DNA of 64,000 bases from Phoronis australis (lineage: Eukaryota > Animalia > Phoronida): assembly GCA_002633005.1 (NCBI GenBank), contig NMRA01000877.1, positions 47,421 to 111,420 on the forward strand. The letters run 5' to 3'. Each line of letters opens with the position of its first letter. The first letter of the stretch is position 1. Under the pieces are notes generated by a model. That model did not search any database. It was not told the origin of the DNA and saw nothing but the letters and a program-made list of their open reading frames with translations. A program made the position numbers and the translations under genes. Shown here piece by piece: positions 1 through 11,792 of the stretch.

Positions 1-187
1 ATTGAGGTGGGGGCAGGGGCCCCGGGCCCCTCTCTCTTGGCTGCCGAAAAAAAAAATCAAACAGCAAAAAAATAACAGCAAGAGCGTAGGGAAATGTTGA
101 GTTTATTAATTAATCCCGGTAATCAAAATTTTACGGATGAAACAAGATTTAAATGTGTGCAGTTTTAGAGTTTTTTTTGGTGTGGGG

Positions 188-870
188 GCTCAGATCCAAT
201 TTCATGTGTCAAATTCGGAACACGGCGCAATCGTAGCGGAACTATGGTTAAGTATACAGGCTCTCCCTCGGTATCCCAGGCGACCCGTAGTGGAGCTGTG
301 CACTACGACTTCGTTTCCGTCGTCTGCTCCACTGGGCAATGAAAAAAATTACTTCATTTTTTAAAGAAAATGGAATCTGAGTGACGATGAAAAAACAGAA
401 ACGCCTGGTAAAATTGAATTTTAATCGAAGCCTTTGTGAATCACTCAGAAACTCATAATCCTCTCTTTGTCAAACCTTAACTTAAGACGATTTCCAAAGC
501 AATTGCGTCTTTATTGCCAACACAAAAAACGGATTGGGTCTTTTGGGCAATTGAAGACATTTTCAATACAAAAAAATTGTTAAGAACCGATTGCACAAAA
601 TATAAAACGTATAATGAGCATTACAAAAAGAAGTAGGTTTCGCGCGCAAACGCTGTGGACCGTAAAACAAGAAGGTCTCTTAGCATAAAATTTCAAGTTA
701 AATCGGTGGTGCAGTGGTAAAGCAAGCGCGCTCTATCCGCCAGGTTGTGATTTCGAGTCTGTGGTAATTGCATTTTTTCTCTTTGACACGTTTTCCGTTT
801 TTTTTTCCTTTTTTCTTGGATAATACTTCGTTAATCAAGGAAAATGCTTGATTTTTAGAGGAAAAAACAG
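188..870 (+). repeat. Interspersed repeat family A, copy 1 (about 680 bp, internal tRNA-like segment)
   Basis: Collinear with 42491-43169, from gctcagatc to gaaaatgcttgatttttagaggaaaaaacag. Confidence 0.9.
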
Positions 871-1875
871 GAAAAAAACCTCCACGGGCGTGGGCAAACC
901 TCCGATAATGTTTAATCAATATTTATTTTACACAGGAATGTCTACGTTGAGGTTTACAAAGACCTTATTACAAAGGAGTCGAGGCCGCTCAGTAACCCGG
1001 CGGGACAATGCTGCTGCTGAAACATTGCCCCTCTCGTTTCATGACAAGGTTAGGCAAGTCAGAACAGTGCTCCTTGAAATGGCTGGGAGTGAGGAAGTTC
1101 CCTAAGAACTTCCTCCGGCTATAAAGATACGGTAAAGACACAGTTGTACATGTCTAATGTGGTACAGTGCAGGTACGCTCTTTCTTCTATTGCAAACTGT
1201 TGAAATTTCATATAATTATGCATGCTTCCACAAATATGCAACTGAATACCACAAGGTACAGTCTGATCAAGACTACAATTGCAAAATCGGCCTTTTGATT
1301 GCACGTTGATGATAATGATAAATTTGTCCTCAGTGCTGAAAATTAGTATGAAACGATTCCTTCCGCATCTGCAGACCCTGCTGTGAAAATTATTGACCTT
1401 TACGTAACTGTTAGGTAAACATACCTAGATAGACTGAATAGCGTCATTATCTACCATCATTAATCTAGTTCCCGATGATGGAATTGTTTAGTTACGATTT
1501 TCGTAACTTTGGATGAATCTCTGGAAAATCAGAAATATTCGACTGTGAGTTGATTTTACACGTGTGAAATTCAACGCGTAACTGTAAATTGAACAATAGA
1601 TACATGAAGCTTTTGGAAATACGACTTCAAAAGTTTCATCGAAGCCCATTATAAAATAAATTAACAATGGGAAATTGCAGACTTTCGTTATATTTTTACC
1701 AACACTTTTATGGATTGACAACAATTTGGAAATCATTTATAATGTTGCAATGAAGGTTCTTATAACAAAGAAGTTGAAGTTATTCCGAAAATCTCCAACT
1801 CTGAGCAAACCAGAAGATTGCGAATTTGTCAGAATATTGGTCTTTTGAAATGAGTAACTACCGTTTATTTTATGG

Positions 1876-3211
1876 CAGGACCGTAGGAAGCAGGTGGCGG
1901 GGGATGGGCACGGGCCCCCAAAAATTTTCAGGCGTAAGAGTTAAACCGTGACAACCGACATAGGCGTGGGGCCGGGAACAGTCGAGAAAAGAAAGACAGT
2001 GAAATACGGATAGGAGAAAATTAACGGGAACATTTAACAACTCTGCATCAGTGCATGGTTTACTTTTTGAGAACCCTGGAAAGGACATTGTCTTTAGGGT
2101 ATCCGCTTTGCAGCACAAGTCGTCTAAACGCACTCGAAAACATGCACGAAATCAATCATACATGTATTTCGATAAATCAAGAAAATTTGTAAAGCGAAGC
2201 ATACTAATTTTTACTGGATTTTTGATTTCAATATGTCAATTTTGAGAATGCAAAACTACATTTTTCCAGATGCCCCTGTCTGACAAAAGACAAAATTCCT
2301 TTCTTTTTTTTCAAAACTGCCTATTACTTGAGAAAATTGATGTCCTGGCAGATATCATCAATTGCTGCGCATTTCCTGATATTTGAAAATTTAGATATAT
2401 TCATGCTTGGGGTCCCCGCCCTTGACGTTCAAGTGTCCACCTTTTTCAGTTTTTATTGACAAATTCTTAAGGGGGCGCTCATGGAGAGAGGACCCAATGT
2501 TGGAATCGATTACCTCTATTTTCCTGTTTTTTGTGAAATCGTGTAACCGGCTTTCATGTTGAAGGTCACTCCCTGCATCGTTTTGGGACCACAAGACAGT
2601 GGAATGCATTGTCACTCTTTTCCAAGCTTAATGATGTTTAGCCTATCATCTAAAGGTGTCCCATTTCAGAATGTACGCTCTCTCGGTGGAGCAGTTTAGG
2701 GGAAATGTCCGTTTGCCCGTCTATATACATGTATGTAAATCCAACGCTGCCAAGTATTCATGATCAAAATTGAGATTCCAAATTCATCAAAAAACACAAA
2801 ACATTACTGCATAGCACAGACATTCGACTCAAAAACGAAAATGTAAAAAAATTATAGTATAATTGCCGCGATCGAAAGGGTGGAATTTTGAAGAACGTAA
2901 ATACCGCTATTTGTGAATTAAACAAAAGGACTATTTCCGATGGTTAGTTATGAAATAATGTTCATGTTTCTCGTAGTATCACAGGAATAGTATCTCTTTT
3001 GAAGATGGTTACTATGAGTTGTTTTTAAGGAATTCCTACACATGGAAAACACTGCTGTCTAAACAAGGTGCCATTTGTGATGACCTTGTACATGAAAGGG
3101 AGCACTCAAAGAACTCTCGCAATCATTTTTTAAAGATTTCAGCGGTTTTTTTGTCATTGGAGTTCAAGTTTACCTCGTGAACCGTAATACATACCTCAGA
3201 AATGAGCAAAA
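1876..3211 (+). mobile_element. Repeat family B, copy 1 (hAT-like CAGG.CCGTAG start; non-autonomous DNA element)
   Basis: Collinear with 28986-30567 over about 1.3 kb; both start cagg(a/g)ccgtaggaagc. Confidence 0.8.
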
Positions 3212-3218
3212 ATACACC

Positions 3219-4035
3219 TTAAAGGAGCATGCCAAAAAACATACTAAATTTGTATCAATTTAGATCGAGTAGTTCTACTCCATAACGGCACGTACGGTTG
3301 CGTTACCTGACACCTAACGGCAGACGGAGGTGTTGAAATTATCCAATGATGTCATCGGTTTCACACGCAGTCTGTTCAGCAGTTCACAACACGGGTTGCT
3401 GGTACTCAGCTTATCGCTTGAAGTCATCGTTTAACACCAATAAATCATCAAACTTCGATGTAAAACCCTTAAAAATACACCGAGTTCTTATAAAAACGTG
3501 TTGTTTTATTTCGCTCTTACGGATTTATTGGTATTTGGACACACCGTAGCCTACAAAGTTCGGCAGGCCAATAAGGTCCGTAGCAGGAGTTTGGGGTCTG
3601 TTCGGAGATAATTTCGAAGTATTTTCCGTGAGATACAGACAGGAGAACCTAGATCTGTGTTGTTTAGACTTGTGATTTTCTGAGTTCTAAACACAAAACG
3701 CTTGTTATCCTGGCCAGCGGCTCGGAGCCCGATCAGGCCCGTCGCGGCCGGCCGTATTTACTCGTTATCCCGGCCAGTGGCTCGGAAAATGATCAGATAT
3801 CACGAACATAAACCAGCCAAAGTTCAATGGAAACTAAACTTCCAATCAAGAAAATACTATACTAGTGAGCCAAAGAAATGTGCACGCGATTATGTTGGTG
3901 AAACGAAACTGCAAATCTACTTACTCGTCGGGGGCCGCGAATTCAGGCTCCGCTTTAGTCACAGCACAGTCAGGGCAGTAGTTGTACATTGACAATCATT
4001 ATTTGAATAATTTAAATGTAAATGAAGATTCCTTT
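3219..4035 (-). mobile_element. Kolobok-like element, truncated 3' half
   Basis: TTAA followed by aggagcatgcca terminus; reverse-complement homolog of 12650-13362 and direct homolog of 35850-36625. Confidence 0.85.
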
Positions 4036-4075
4036 GCCGATGGTGCACAACTAAATTCTTATTTTTAGAAATGAT

Positions 4076-4260
4076 TTACGATGAAACACGATAACAAAAT
4101 AATAGTCGCGGATACACCGTTTTTAGTCCACCGATAGATTTTCTGTACAGAAGATCTACGCCGTCGGTCCCCGCAACTCTTTCGGCCGCCGGTGCAACAT
4201 GCAACCGCGCTTTGCCCCCGAGGATATTGGCCTCCTTATGATATCCTAGATCCGCCACTG
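4076..4260 (-). mobile_element. Fragment of a CAGTGGCGGATCTAGG (hAT5-like) MITE
   Basis: Ends cctagatccgccactg; homologous (reverse) to 8231-8480; the same terminus recurs at 43255-43270. Confidence 0.7.
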
Positions 4261-7200
4261 GATAATCACTGAAATGTATAAAGTTTGCAAAATGGTATTA
4301 TACAATGATTAACCTTTTTCGTCGCTATAATTGTACATGTATAGTAGAGTACCTACTGTTCAGTTCCGGTTGTTTATAAACCGTCAAGACGAACAGCTGT
4401 CGGGGGCCGCTCGATCGATATCCGGCGAGCCATTACATCACTGCATTCCCAAAGTTTTTAGTATGGGTCTAAAAATTCCTTGACCCGACGCCACTTGATT
4501 TATTTTAACAAAAAGATCTAAGGCATGCGTTCGTGCGAAACACTTGAACACAAAGTAGAAAATTTTAATAAAAACCCATGGAAATCGATGAGCAATATGC
4601 TTGCATGATGTAAAGTCGTGTCATTGTATGCAACAATTGACCAATGGAACTGTACATGTTTGTGTACGTGTGCGTATTCGGAATTGAGGGTATAAGTCAG
4701 TTTGGATAAAATGTGGCAGCAAAATTTTTCAAAACGATAGAATTACAATAACTGATATGTTAACAATGAAAAAAAGAAGAATGCACGACACCAAAAGCAC
4801 CCTGTACTGGTCAGGCACGCACATTTAGTGTATACATCGGTTACCCGCGTGTGCCTGTGAACACCATTGCTTGGGCGGCCGAAGACGGGGGTCTACGTAT
4901 GCATTTGCAGAGACCCAATTTCCCGAAATGTGATTGGAATTGTCTACTTAACGTTATACCAAGGAATGATCATTACAATAATATGCAGACGTTTTTTTTC
5001 AAAAAAATAAAAGCCTATAAGGGCTGCTGAGGTGTCGCAAGGAAAATTACTTCAGTGATGCGCTATTTTTCTTTACATGTAACTATCTAGCATTACCAGG
5101 AAGAGATAACCACATTCTGGTATTACTTGTCCTTGTACCTAATTCATCTTAGCGTGGCGAACTGGTTATTTGTACAGTTTGAAACGACATGGTCTCACAG
5201 TTCAAAATGTTGTATTATAGAGTATTCTGTAAAACAACTTAACACGCCGAGGTACTAGAGTTTTAAAAAGGCGTTTGCATTATTAATGTTTACCAATATT
5301 AATTTTTACGCTACTCAGTGTACCATGCGATCATGATGTGGGGAATCACCGTTTTTTCCGTCAATAACAAGCACACTTCCATATTATTGGCCATCCAGAA
5401 CGAGAAGGACAAGAAAAATGGTCACACGGAACCAATACATTGAGATACCGTAACCATTTCAAACAATAAAGTTTTGATTTATTTCAAAATATATTTCTTT
5501 CAAAATATATTTATTTCAAAATATCACCATCAATCAGTAAAATCGCACCGTGACAGTAAAAGAGAAATGTGTATCAGGTAGAAAATTACTGTGCCGTTCT
5601 GGTATCATAAATGCACTCCACTTCAGCAAAATTCAGATTTCAACCAACTCTACGGCAATCCTTCAATTCAGTTGAATCCGACATTTACTGGCACATAATT
5701 GTGTTACTATAGTACATTTATATTGACAACACCCCGCCACAAAATAAATAAAACGGCAAAACCCAAAGGTCGTAAACTCTACCTGCCCTGTCCTACATAG
5801 GCAGGCAATAACACTCTGTAAGTATCAGAAGACCAAAAACAGGACAAAAATGATGATTTTCCTCAAGTAAGACAGTTGCAGATTTTAAAAGCTTGCCAGA
5901 CTACAGAACATTTGTCCCGTCTCTTGAAATCTACAGGAACAACCCATCTACTGTCTCAATATAACAATGTGGGGTGTAGCATTCTTGGGCTATCCCTTCC
6001 TTCGATCCTGTTCTATTCTTAGTAACCTGGCTACAATAATAAATCTTCGAATTGGTGTCCACTTTGTAAAAATGCACGACTATTAATCTTGTAGTCACTT
6101 TTTGTGTTTCTTCGTTGCTGGAAAACAACAGGTATCATGGTCACTAAACCCTTAAAGACATATCGGACTTAGAAGGAAAGTCAAGTAAAAGACCATGAAA
6201 CATCGACTTAAGTGGGTGATCTAGGGACCAAATTCAAATGAACAATACTGTTTCTGCGATGGGATTCTCAACCACAGAATCATTTTATTTCAGTTTCAAA
6301 TTTTAAACCTCGAAAGACAAAAAGTGATATCATTGATTCAGGGTCTAATCTTTATACAAGAAATCAAACTTTATTTTTTACTTTTATATTTTCTGCTATA
6401 ACTAAAGAACCTTTAGTTCTGTGCTCAAGCATGCAGTGATTTTTTCGATGTTTTTCAAATAATCTTAGTTTGCACTTGTTGATGCTAACATAAAAGCTAT
6501 GAGTTTTTACTTGGAATCGCGTGTTGTTACCAATATTGGTTCCTAGGTACTACACAGTAGGCCTACACACTCATTTCCACTAACATGGTTCATCAGCAAG
6601 ATGGCGGACAACTCCGCTCAACGAAATCCACGTGACTAGTTATACTTATCTCATTGGTTCAAACAAACAGGAGACTCGTCACAGAGTGAACATGGGTGTT
6701 TGGGAAGAAATTTTGGTATATAGCCATTCTTGATTAAATCCATGAGCGGCGTTCTACTCAATTTTTTACTGAATTGAGCCCAAATACCATGTGGCAGCAT
6801 AGATTATAGACCACAGATTCGCAACTTCGACATTTTCGTGCTTACTATCCTAGAGGAGGCGCCACTCTTCTAAATTATCTGTTGCCATATGCGAGGCCTG
6901 CGCACGTCTGGTACAACGTGTATCAGACCGCCTGCAATTATTTTTTATTATATAAATTATCTGTTGCAGTTTCCGGTTTGTGTAGTATTGTCACCACACA
7001 ACAACCGACCATAATTAGCAGACGACGTCCCTGCCGGAAATAACGCTAGATAAATTGGCCATGTGTCGCCAATGAGAAATGACGCCATTGCCTCTGTAAG
7101 AGCTCAGCTTTCGTCCATTGAAAGGATACGGAGTTGGCATTGCGTGAGTTAAATGGCGGGTCTTTGGAGTCCAACATGAATGTTAAATCTTAAAAAATGT

Positions 7201-7874
7201 GTCAATAATTAAGCAGAGTAGTTAGAAAAATACAGTTAAAGAACAAGTCAATGCACCAAAGAGTTGTCTGACGAAAGGATATAAGTATTTTCTGGAAAAC
7301 TAAGTTCGAAACATGAAAAGTAAACATGACCAAATTGCGGCGATCGACTGTTACGGAATAGGTATCATGCTGAATGCAGGGTTACATTTCTTCTAATAAA
7401 TTCTTGATAAAAGTGCTTTCTACACGAACCAGGTCATCTGTTCGTATTCTTGACGAGTTGAAGATATATTCGACAGTGGTGGCTCATGGCATTTTGCTGT
7501 CAAGAGCAATTAGTCATATCTGGTTTAATTTTTTGATCAAGAGTAGGCCTAACACCTTCAAGCATAGCCTACGTCCTGGTGAAGTAGGCACTACCGGGAC
7601 TAACAGTTGATTTGTCATTGATCTGAAATAATACTTGATGTTATTAAATATATATTTTGATTACGATAAAAAGCAGGCTCGCAATTGAAAATAAAAATTA
7701 TATGACCATCAATTCTTTTTTCTTGGTTTTAATAATTACGTCTATTTCATGTGTTATATTTGAAAAATATCAATCTCGAACTAGTTGAATTTTAAAATTA
7801 AAACAACTAATTCTTTCGTCCAAAGCATAACCTCGTTTTAGAGCTCAATTTCAGTTAGTTAACTGGAAAGAACA

Positions 7875-8029
7875 CAGTGGCGGATTTAGATGGGAGCCAA
7901 GAGGGCCATGCCCACCCCTAAACTTCTCCCAGATTCCATTTGGCAGTTCAGGAGCGTGAATGTGTGACGGGCAAAATCCTGGCTAATACTCTGCCTTGCC
8001 CACCCAACTCAAAGTCCTGGATCCCCCTG
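7875..8029. mobile_element. hAT5-like MITE, 5-bp TSD GAACA
   Basis: gaaca[cagtggcggattta...tggatccccctg]gaaca. Confidence 0.75.
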
Positions 8030-8230
8030 GAACAAGCATACAATTGTAGTTATCGTGTTCCTTCAGAGGCCTCGTTCATATCCGTGGGGAAAGGTGCCTG
8101 TGCGGCCTTCTGAGAGGGGAACGTTTCGCCAAGTGACGGGTCAGTGAAAAATAATACTGACCTCCCTATCACCGTCAGTAGCACCCCACCCTGTTGCAAG
8201 CTGTCATAGCTCTGTCTCAAGTAGCATTTT

Positions 8231-8530
8231 CAGTGGCTGATCTAGGATACCACGAGGGGGTGGGGCGACATATCCTTGGAGAAGCGTCGGGGCAAAGCGC
8301 GATTGCATGCACGCAGGCGGCCCGGAGGTTGCGGGCGCCGAGGATGCATGCCTTCTGCTCAGGAAATCTGTCGTTGGACTGAAATAAAAAAACGGAACGT
8401 GTTTCCCCCCTCGTCCGCTACCGGTCCTAGCTCGAACTCAGTATTTCCTCCCGCGTCACGTGCGTTTTGCTGGTTTATTTTGCTTGCGACTGTCAAGGGG
8501 GGGGGGCGGTCCCCCCTAAATCCGCCTATG
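8231..8530. mobile_element. hAT5-like MITE, 5-bp TSD ATTTT
   Basis: atttt[cagtggctgatctagg...cctaaatccgcctatg]atttt. Confidence 0.75.
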
Positions 8531-8609
8531 ATTTTGTACTTTTCAAATTGACACCTCTGTGTTCACAGGTGGTTTGAACCGTTGGAGAGAAATTTTCAAT
8601 CACTAAGGG

Positions 8610-8800
8610 AATATTTAGGCCTCCTGGGGCCGGGATTTTAGCGTGATTTTTCAATATTTTTGAGAGGGGAATAAGGCCGATATTTGGCCCCAAAATTGAG
8701 GGATTAGATTAGGCCTCGTGGGACCGGGAATTTCGCGTGATTTTTCAATACATTTGAGAGGGAATAGGGCCGATATTTGGCCCCAAAATTGAGGGATTGA
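8610..8800. repeat. Tandem duplication, 2 x about 95 bp
   Basis: ttaggcctc...gggccgatatttggccccaaaattgagggatt occurs twice head-to-tail. Confidence 0.85.
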
Positions 8801-8929
8801 GGGCCCTGCATCGCGCTTCAACCCATAGTCATGAAAACACAGCCTGGCTGGCCGAAGATTCTCCGGTCCTCGTTTCTATGGCGGCATCCGAGATGCGATA
8901 AATTATGATTCGATAAAAGTTATAAATTT

Positions 8930-9071
8930 TACACGGACATATTTTCCTTCGTCGCGGAGTATGACAAGGACCCAACGCTTCCGAATCCCAACGTCCTTTG
9001 GGATTGTAAAACAGACAGTTGAGTGTCCGTATTTTTTCTAGATGTTCGAGCAACGCGGAGTAGATACTCAA
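8930..9071 (-). pseudogene. THAP zinc-finger N-terminal relic (transposase exon 1)
   Basis: Minus strand reads CSNI*KKYGHSTVCFTIPKDVGIRKRWVLVILRDEGKYVRV, matching the THAP CSN...F.FPKD...R..W...IRRD pattern; contains a stop and a frameshift. Confidence 0.7.
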
Positions 9072-9889
9072 CTGAAGCCACCAGAGCTATCGTAGCGAGC
9101 CTCGTTTTGGAACGCGCCTCCTGTCGGCGTGAATAAGGTCTATAGTCTATGGTGGAAGATTGTACCCAGCCAAGCAGTGTCAGTCTCCTATATTTTGTGT
9201 TTTCTCTCTCCAGTTATTTTCTACTTCAGTCGCTCCCGTAATTGTTTTGGAAGTCAGTTCCATGATCAAGCCTAACTTATTGCTTCATTGCCTGGAATAA
9301 ACAAATGAGGAACTTGAGAGACAGTTCCAGACTAACAGAGATATCTCGGGTAAATAAGTTCATTTACAAATCAGTTACTTAACCTGGTCATACTTTTCAC
9401 TCACAGGCCTGTGGGCCTGGTTGAATGCCGGGAATAGTCTGGCCTTTGACGTCTTTTCATCTCCTGTCTGATGGACATTAACCTATCAAAATGCATGTAT
9501 GTGTTTTTTTTTAAACTAGCTACTTAGGGTATTAAACTCGCGTTACTGTATTTTATGGAAAGAAGTGATTTCTGAGTTTTATTCTGCAATTACAAATAAA
9601 CTATTGAGTGACTTATGTATTTTCGTAAGTTTCGAAAAAACATATCATGTGCTTGCATACGGTACGTGCATGGTAATACATGCGTGTATGAGTTATAAGT
9701 GTTTCATTATGTTTCTATGACAATTTCTATGACAATTTCTATGAATTCACTTATACCTGTGAAATAAAGTTAAAAACGTTTCCGTGGTAAGAAGATTGCA
9801 ATACTTTGTGTTACTGAGAGCGTGCATGGTACTTGCTATTTTTCCCGCTCTTTACGGATTGTCTCATTTTGTTTTAATTTTTCTCGCTT

Positions 9890-10410
9890 TCCCGCCTCCT
9901 GCAGGTAGGTAGATGACGTCATCAACAGGCTCACAATTTGAGAGACACCAAAAAAACACGCCTTTCAACTAATTCAACTATTTCCACTAATCGCTGCGCC
10001 ACCTGCCTACAGACAGATAACGTCAGCAAAGGCTCACAACTTGAGAGACACCAAATACGAATTTCAACTAATTTAGCTATTCCCACTAATCGCTGCGTCA
10101 CCTGCAGGCAAGTCAGTGACTCTCAGGTCTTTCCTTCTCACAATGCTAGTACCACTTCAGATGTTGCTACAATTGGTAGAATAAGTTAATTAGATTAGAG
10201 CTGGATAGGTTGAGAGAAATTGGGATTAGTTGCATTAGACTAAAATCAACTATTCCTACTAATCGCAGCGCCACCTGGGGACTGTTAGATAACGCATGTG
10301 ACGTCAACCACAGGCCCACAATTTTAGAGGCATCAATCACGCATTTCAACAAATTCTACTATTCCCACTAATCATTGCGCCACCTGCTGGGCAGTCTGAT
10401 AACAAAGTCA
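9890..10410 (+). repeat. Degenerate minisatellite, unit about 100-120 bp, about 4 copies
   Basis: Recurring aggctcacaa(t/c)ttgagagacacc...ctattcccactaatcgctgcgccacctg; the cores fall at about 9980, 10080, 10250 and 10360. Confidence 0.8.
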
Positions 10411-10634
10411 GCAAGAAGCTCGCATGGTCTAGTGATGGCAGAATAAGTTAGGATTAGTTGGGTATGCAACTAAATATTCTGACATGTATGTCGGACCTAT
10501 GAAACGTTCTTCAAACCTTGCTCGAATCTAATTCCGTATGTCCTTGTAGTTCATTCTGGTCGTAGCTTTGTACTTCGGTTTATAATGCAACAGACAAATG
10601 TTAGTGGTTGATTGCATGCCAACGGTGGGTACGT

Positions 10635-10702
10635 CATGGGCGGCGCAGAACTGAAATAAGTGGGGTTTATGCCCCCCAGCACCCTATGGTGCGTCGCCCA
10701 TG
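10635..10702. mobile_element. 68-bp CATGGGCGGCGC MITE, 5-bp TSD (tacgt/cacgt)
   Basis: TIRs catgggcggcgc / gcgtcgcccatg; related to 29783-29924 and 32766-32916. Confidence 0.7.
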
Positions 10703-11792
10703 CACGTACCACGAACGCTAAACACTATTCTTTAACACTAGTTACCTTAAGATCGCGAACCAGATACGATTGTGTACATCCAAGTCTAAAATCTAATATT
10801 TAAAATTAAATAGTTCTATTTAGTAATGGTTATACTAATTATTTTGTTGATAACCACGTTCTGCAGTTCCTTCGTATTAAGGAATGACTCTTAAGTTGTC
10901 ACTGAACCAGACGATAATACAGTTAAGAATGTGTATTATGAGAATCGTGTGTCTAATGATTAACTGAGTGACGAACAAGTGTGCGTAAGAAAATTATTCG
11001 TGACAATGTCAATGTCGTCAAACCAGCTAGGCGACACATTGAAGCAATTTATTCACTATCAAGACAATAATGTCACGATTATCTATTTATGAAAAACAAC
11101 TCCGGTCGGGAAACACTGCGACCAATAGCGACATATGTAACGACGCCTTGTTTATGAATTCTCGTGTTTTATGGATGGATGTCCTTTTTGCAGAACATCC
11201 ACCTTTCATAGCTAACATATTACTCTAATACATCTTACAACTTATCGCAACAATTTTGGCCGTTGTGAGCGGCTGAAACTGACACCCGCAAAAATTGCAA
11301 AAATGTACATGGGGAAATTGTGAGTGACAAGTAGGGCCTGCTGTACTCAGTGACTCAGCTGTGACACATTTTGGGCCTGCACTGTGCGTTGTTTTCAAAC
11401 CTAAGTTTGCTTAAAAGCGTTCACCTCAGCAATATTTATTAAAGGTTGCCAATGCACCTTCCACACTAGGCGTACTCTCGTAAAGAATCTATTCACTTCT
11501 GCCATTCTACGCGGCCTCATCAGAGACACCCCCGCTTCTATTGAAATCCTGCGCCCTCTTTCAATAAGGTGCTGTTTAGTTTGCGCGCTATGTATACTTG
11601 AGATAATAACAATGCTGGACGATATGGTTTGTGGATGTTCAGTGAACCTAGCTAAGCAAAGCTGTAAATCTTTATGAGACAAATCCCACGCTAAAATTTG
11701 GAGTTTTGTGACAACACGAGGTAGGCTCGGTACGCGAGCCTAAGCCAGACTGTGACTAACGCATCCTACATTGTAATTGAGTCACAAATTAA

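Larger units (their letters stand above)
6798..9151 (-). mobile_element. P-superfamily-like non-autonomous element, 2354 bp, 7-bp TSD
   Basis: TIRs catagattatagacc / ggtctatagtctatg (14/15); TSD gtggcag / gtggaag; THAP relic near the 9151 end. Confidence 0.8.

Noticed and set aside
7873-7879. RSS heptamer CACAGTG
   Set aside because: Formed by chance from the TSD (..CA) plus the MITE end (CAGTG); no nonamer at 12/23 spacing.
9890-10410. CRISPR-like repeat/spacer appearance
   Set aside because: The linkers are homologous to each other, units are irregular, the context is eukaryotic and there are no cas genes.
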